IMG/VR virus record: IMGVR_UViG_3300022752_000036
Location: 31,646 to 95,645 of that record
Source of the DNA: a virus
DNA: 64,000 nucleotides
Reading direction: 5' to 3' (one strand)
Both the position numbers and the translations under genes were made by a program. Under the pieces are notes generated by a model. It saw nothing but the letters and a program-made list of their open reading frames with translations, searched no databases and was not told the DNA's origin. This document shows, one piece after another, positions 59,959-64,000 of this stretch (position 1 is the first letter of the stretch; each line of letters begins with the position of its first letter).

Positions 59959-60960
59959 TTATAAAAACTTTTTTGAAAGTCTTTCAAATGCATTCTTAGT
60001 CAACTGATCCCAGTTATACTCCTTATGTATTTGCTCTGCTTGTGCATAATAATAACCAAAATAAGGCTTACTATTTATAACTACATCATACATTAAATCT
60101 TCTAAATGTTGATTATCTGGCTTAAACATTTGTCCAACATGTGGATCTCCTACAGCTTTAGGTAAAGTATCACTTGTTAGTTTAGACTTTAATTTAAGTG
60201 GCCCTATAAACTTTTTATAATGTGACCAATCATATGTTGAAATTACTGGCATTCCTGTTGCTAATCCTTGTATTGGAATAAATCCAAATCCTTCTCCCCA
60301 TGAAGGATAAACTAAAGCATGATGGCGGTGGAATAAAGAAACTAAATCCTGTTCTGAATATTCTTCTGTAATAACAGTAATATTATTATATGCTTTATCT
60401 GGATTTACAAATTCATTATTTCTATCATATACTCTAATTGTGCTAAAGCTATGTGCTTTTATAGTTAAATGATAATCTGGGTTATTACCAAACAATTTAA
60501 TGAAAGTATCTACTACTAATTGTCCGTCTTTTCTTGGAGATGGTTCGCCTACATGTAAAAACTTAAACGGTTCTCCTTGTTTTAAAATTCTTTTTTTAGG
60601 TTTCCAAATATCCTCTACTCCGTGTGGATAAACATATATTGGTTTAGTTACACCGTTATTTCTAAAGACTTCTGCAACCCAATCTGAGGTTGCCCATACT
60701 TCATCACAAAAATTAAATTTTTCTACCCAGTCCTGCCTCATAGACGTGGACTCCCATGGAGTATATCCAATTTGATATTGATTTCTGTGTAGCTTAAAAT
60801 GATGAGGTTGTGTAAAGTTTAATTGAATATCAGATTTTGGATTTGCAAATGAAACTTCATATCCTAAATTATTTAAAGATCTAACTATATTTTTCCCAGC
60901 GTAGCCAAAACCAACTGCTGGATTGAGCCCTGCTTTAATTGTATAATAGGATATTTTCAT
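59959..60960 (-). CDS. GT4 (GT-B) glycosyltransferase
   Basis: YTPWEST, YPHGV, RKDG, YPSWGEGFGFIPIQGLATGMPVIS. Confidence 0.88.
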   Translation of the reverse strand: MKISYYTIKAGLNPAVGFGYAGKNIVRSLNNLGYEVSFANPKSDIQLNFTQPHHFKLHRNQYQIGYTPWESTSMRQDWVEKFNFCDEVWATSDWVAEVFRNNGVTKPIYVYPHGVEDIWKPKKRILKQGEPFKFLHVGEPSPRKDGQLVVDTFIKLFGNNPDYHLTIKAHSFSTIRVYDRNNEFVNPDKAYNNITVITEEYSEQDLVSLFHRHHALVYPSWGEGFGFIPIQGLATGMPVISTYDWSHYKKFIGPLKLKSKLTSDTLPKAVGDPHVGQMFKPDNQHLEDLMYDVVINSKPYFGYYYAQAEQIHKEYNWDQLTKNAFERLSKKFL

Positions 60961-60981
60961 TTATTTTCTTAGTCAACTGGC

Positions 60982-61011
60982 TTGACAGCTATTGCCAAAC
61001 AATGTTATTAT
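60982..61011 (+). promoter_or_regulatory. Promoter of plus-strand unit (TTGACA-N18-TATTAT, TG extension)
   Basis: TTGACA 60982-60987; overlaps a minus-strand TATAAT at 61007-61012 facing the GT4 gene. Confidence 0.6.
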
Positions 61012-61038
61012 AGTAGTTCGTTATCTCTAGAGGAGGAA

Positions 61039-61602
61039 ATGCCAATGGAGAGAATCAAACAAAGTTTGAGCGATGTTGCTCATAACTGGTCATTTATAGC
61101 AATGATAACATTATTTCTATTTACTGTCCAGCCTGGTCCAACAATATCTCAAGCTTTACCAGCGGTTACGGAAGTAACCAAAACCGAAAGACAACTAAAG
61201 AGAGAAATACTGAATAAGTTCAGTAATGATACTTATAAGCACTCAGAAATGCTTACGCCTAAAGATTTAAAAGATTTACTATGGGCAGTAGGTTTTGAGG
61301 GAAAGGCTTTAAAAACAGCTTGGGCTGTTGCAACGGTAGAATCAAATGGGAGACCTATGGCTCTAAACGATAACAGACGAACTGGAGACAAATCTTACGG
61401 AATTTTTCAGATCAATATGCTGGGAACACTCGGTGTAGATCGGCAAGAAAAATTCGAATTAGTTTCAAATAAGGAATTATTTGATCCAGTAACTAACGCA
61501 GAGATAACGTACTACATGACCAAAGGCGGCACAGATTGGTCGTCTTGGCCTAACTCAATCGGTAAGGCCAGGAACCTCATAGCTGAGTTTCCAAAAAATT
61601 AA
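61039..61602 (+). CDS. SLT/lysozyme-like transglycosylase with N-terminal signal or TM segment
   Basis: AVATVESNG (catalytic E), SYGIFQIN, LFDPVTNA, GGTDWSSW; GAGGAGG RBS before ATG 61039. Confidence 0.85.
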   Translation: MPMERIKQSLSDVAHNWSFIAMITLFLFTVQPGPTISQALPAVTEVTKTERQLKREILNKFSNDTYKHSEMLTPKDLKDLLWAVGFEGKALKTAWAVATVESNGRPMALNDNRRTGDKSYGIFQINMLGTLGVDRQEKFELVSNKELFDPVTNAEITYYMTKGGTDWSSWPNSIGKARNLIAEFPKN

Positions 61603-61611
61603 GGAGGGCTT

Positions 61612-61833
61612 GTGCAAAAGATACAATACGTATCTAAATACATAGCCCTATCAGAGGAAGGCCTTGTTCCTAGACTTATTTGTCCTATGGATCAGGGCCT
61701 TCTTCTATGTAATATGTCTATCAACGAAGAAATATTTTTATACTGTATATCATGTAATTATAAACAATATCTTGGTAATGCTATGTATGATAAAATAGTA
61801 GCCCTAGTAGAAAAGAATTTAAATGAAGCCTAA
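61612..61833 (+). CDS. Zinc-ribbon-like hypothetical protein
   Basis: CPMD...YCISCNY; GGAGG RBS, GTG start. Confidence 0.65.
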   Translation: MQKIQYVSKYIALSEEGLVPRLICPMDQGLLLCNMSINEEIFLYCISCNYKQYLGNAMYDKIVALVEKNLNEA

Positions 61834-62533
61834 AAAGCTACAATACGACGTATACCATCCTGTGTTCGAACCCATAACATACATGAAGAATGTTATGCCA
61901 GAATGGTTTAAGAAAATTGATAAATTCCATGGCGGAAAATTAAGCATTGTACCTTACAACACAATAACAGTAAAAAGCTGTGCTCCATTCATGGATGCTT
62001 TTTTAACTGGATATTGCATGCCTGCGCCCGTAGACTTTTTAGTAGAACAAACACCAATGGGTCCAAAAATAAGTTGGAGCTGGTTTGATGTAGATGAAAT
62101 ATATAAAGAAACAGATTTTGTAATTGAACGAGATAAGAATATGATTCCCACTTTGCCAATACCAAAGGGATATCATGACAATCATTTTTCTTGGGGAACA
62201 AAACAAATATTAAAAGTAGAAGACGGCTATAGCCTTTTGATCACCCACCCTTTAAACAGGGATGATCTGCCTTTTAGGACACTTTCAGGAGTAGTTGATG
62301 CTAACTATGCAATGAACGGTGGAAAATTGCCATTCCTCCTCCAGGAAGGTTTTGAAGGCATCATAAAGGCTGGCACACCGATAGCTCAAATCATTCCTAT
62401 AAAAACAGAATCTTGGGTTTTAGAAAGAAATGAAAATTTATTAAAAGAAGCAAAGCTGGCAAGAAATGAATCAGTAAAAACAATTATTGGTTGGTATAAA
62501 AATAAATTCTGGAAGAGAAAGGAATACAACTGA
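61823..62533 (+). CDS. dUTPase-like beta-fold protein (paralogue of 50836-51576)
   Basis: MPEWFK, KSCAPFMDAFLTGY, GYSLLITHPLNRDDLPFRTLSGVVD, GTPIAQIIP, YKNKFWKRKEYN. Confidence 0.65.
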   Translation: MKPKKLQYDVYHPVFEPITYMKNVMPEWFKKIDKFHGGKLSIVPYNTITVKSCAPFMDAFLTGYCMPAPVDFLVEQTPMGPKISWSWFDVDEIYKETDFVIERDKNMIPTLPIPKGYHDNHFSWGTKQILKVEDGYSLLITHPLNRDDLPFRTLSGVVDANYAMNGGKLPFLLQEGFEGIIKAGTPIAQIIPIKTESWVLERNENLLKEAKLARNESVKTIIGWYKNKFWKRKEYN

Positions 62534-62736
62534 TGAGCGACGGATGCTGCGGTGGTTCATGTGCATGTGGTCAAGGAATTCAAATAGAGACATATAGTGC
62601 AAGTGCCGAAAAAAGTGAAAATTTCAGTGCGGCGGGACTAGAAGAACCCATATTCGAATCACATAATTCAAATTTAAACAATGAGTGGAGAACTCCACAA
62701 ATTTATCCCCTTACAGATGGAGCTATAAATGAATGA
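62533..62736 (+). CDS. Small protein with N-terminal CCGGSCAC motif
   Basis: TGATG coupling. Confidence 0.55.
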   Translation: MSDGCCGGSCACGQGIQIETYSASAEKSENFSAAGLEEPIFESHNSNLNNEWRTPQIYPLTDGAINE

Positions 62737-62968
62737 AGAACAATTACCTGATGGAGCAGTAATTAAAGAAGCAGGTTCAATTGAAGAGAATCTGCCTATG
62801 GTTACATATATCATGCTTCACAGAATCTATGATCTACTCTCGCTAATTGCCAACAAAGTGGCGGGAAGCGAAGAGACAGCAAAAATGGTGGGATATCATG
62901 ATCAAGGGTATCTATTAGGCCCAGAACCTTCATATACACCTAGAGATGTACAGGTGGGGGAAGAATAA
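62729..62968 (+). CDS. Hypothetical protein
   Basis: NLPMVTYIMLHRIYD; GGAG RBS. Confidence 0.6.
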   Translation: MNEEQLPDGAVIKEAGSIEENLPMVTYIMLHRIYDLLSLIANKVAGSEETAKMVGYHDQGYLLGPEPSYTPRDVQVGEE

Positions 62969-63267
62969 TGGCATATACACAAGATCAGATGGAATTTGCC
63001 CATATGGTAGTATTTCGTCTAAAGGAGATACTTAAGGTATGTCCTAATGTAGACGACAATTACTCATGTATGACAATTAGCCAGAAAGCTCACCAAAGAT
63101 GTTATGACCTTATGGTCTTACTAGCTGAAATTACTAATCTACCAGAGTATCTGCAATATCTTGGTAATCATCCTGATACTAAGACCAATCCGTATGGGTA
63201 TATAACCCAACTTCCTCCCGCCCGAAAAATAGTTGAAGAAACTGTTGACTTAGAAAACGAAGTATAA
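62968..63267 (+). CDS. Hypothetical protein
   Basis: 99 aa, TAATG coupling; C-x7-C and H-x2-C. Confidence 0.6.
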   Translation: MAYTQDQMEFAHMVVFRLKEILKVCPNVDDNYSCMTISQKAHQRCYDLMVLLAEITNLPEYLQYLGNHPDTKTNPYGYITQLPPARKIVEETVDLENEV

Positions 63268-63273
63268 TACAAT
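63245..63273 (+). promoter_or_regulatory. Promoter TTGACT-N17-TACAAT
   Basis: Near-consensus, with no downstream ORF before the terminator. Confidence 0.7.
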
Positions 63274-63279
63274 ATGAGT

Positions 63280-63371
63280 GTGTAGGTTGAGACATTCCCG
63301 TGTCTCCCTATATAATGTATAGCAATATACTAGAAAATCCCAATCGGATCCGCCTCTGATTGGGAATTTTT
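63280..63371 (+). ncRNA. Candidate ~90-nt three-hairpin small RNA
   Basis: Promoter, stem-loop 63281-63312, GCAA tetraloop hairpin 63317-63330, terminator hairpin 63338-63365 plus T-tract. Confidence 0.5.
63334..63371. terminator. Bidirectional intrinsic terminator
   Basis: AAAA-TCCCAATCGGA-TCCGCC-TCTGATTGGGA-ATTTTT between convergent units. Confidence 0.8.
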
Positions 63372-63388
63372 CTTTATATAGTATTATT

Positions 63389-64000
63389 TTAGTCGACTAG
63401 ATTATTTTTGATTTCTTTAAGAACAAGCTTATCCATTTTAGACTTTGTAAATATATCGTACTTCTTTTGCAATCCTAGCCATCTTCCAAAGTATCTATGA
63501 GAATCAACACAGCTATCTGCATACTCAATTAAAGCTTTAGACATAGCAAATCTTTTTAGCTTAATTGGTCTATCAGTAATAAATTCTACTGTAAATAGAG
63601 GTTCACCTTCTTCAATTTTAAAGGTTCCAACCTGTTCCCACATTTGAACTTCAAATACATGTGGTCTAAACCATTTCGATATGTCGAATGCTCCAGGAAC
63701 TGAGGTCCCATAGTTCATATACTGTGGTCTAAACATTACAGGTGGACCAAATAATGGAGTAATCGACTCTTCTGAAAATAACATATGCTTAATAGAGAAG
63801 CTAATGATTGCAGCATCCTTAATTACTGATTTTCTATTTACCTTTGCAGCAAAATAACCTTCAGTAATATTCCATACTTGAGGATTCTCAGGATCTGAAA
63901 AGTCATAGCCATATTCCATAGTGAAAGGAGCTTTAAATACCCACATATTTTTAAGTCTAGCTGATGCTGCAGGACATGACATATATGTTTGAATGGATCT
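63389..64000 (-). CDS. Divergent dUTPase-like beta-fold protein (probably 5'-truncated by window)
   Basis: SCPA, VPGAFDISKWFRP, IEEGEPLFTVEF; frame open to window end. Confidence 0.55.
   Translation of the reverse strand, partial: RSIQTYMSCPAASARLKNMWVFKAPFTMEYGYDFSDPENPQVWNITEGYFAAKVNRKSVIKDAAIISFSIKHMLFSEESITPLFGPPVMFRPQYMNYGTSVPGAFDISKWFRPHVFEVQMWEQVGTFKIEEGEPLFTVEFITDRPIKLKRFAMSKALIEYADSCVDSHRYFGRWLGLQKKYDIFTKSKMDKLVLKEIKNNLVD

Noticed and set aside
1-64000. Stop-codon reassignment, introns/inteins, tRNAs, integrase
   Set aside because: Genes are intact and tightly packed under code 11; helicase and NrdJ have normal lengths; no cloverleaf or recombinase recognised by eye (tRNAscan not run)

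Overview
The window is part of a large, AT-rich tailed phage genome (siphovirus-type, HK97-fold capsid, TP901-like tape measure). Its architecture resembles large Streptomyces-type and freshwater actinobacterial phages; this host and family assignment is inferred, not searched. Almost everything from 1 to 61 kb is on the minus strand. In transcription order: GT4 glycosyltransferase, class II ribonucleotide reductase (nrdJ) and a holin-like protein; then a ~29.5 kb block of ~30 fibre, adhesin and decoration genes (collagen-like, Gly-rich, FN3, LamG, cupredoxin-like and Cys-ladder proteins, fibre chaperones, a GT2-TPR glycosyltransferase); then portal, protease/scaffold, capsid, head-tail proteins, major tail, tail chaperones with a -1 frameshift, tape measure, baseplate and an S74 tail fibre; then a phosphoesterase, Zn/HTH proteins, DnaB and primase. 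A short plus-strand unit (61-63.3 kb) starts with an SLT transglycosylase and ends in a candidate promoter-driven small RNA. The most striking observation is a 251-aa, 50-Cys insert whose repeats are mirror-complementary around a central turn (25 Cys per arm), suggesting a long Cys-stapled antiparallel hairpin. Also notable: a BclA-like collagen glycosylation cassette, two type-1 copper-site domains on fibre proteins, a possible split-domain docking scheme for branched fibres, an unannotated C2H2 microprotein, and leaderless promoters. No tRNA, CRISPR array, integrase or terminase was recognised.
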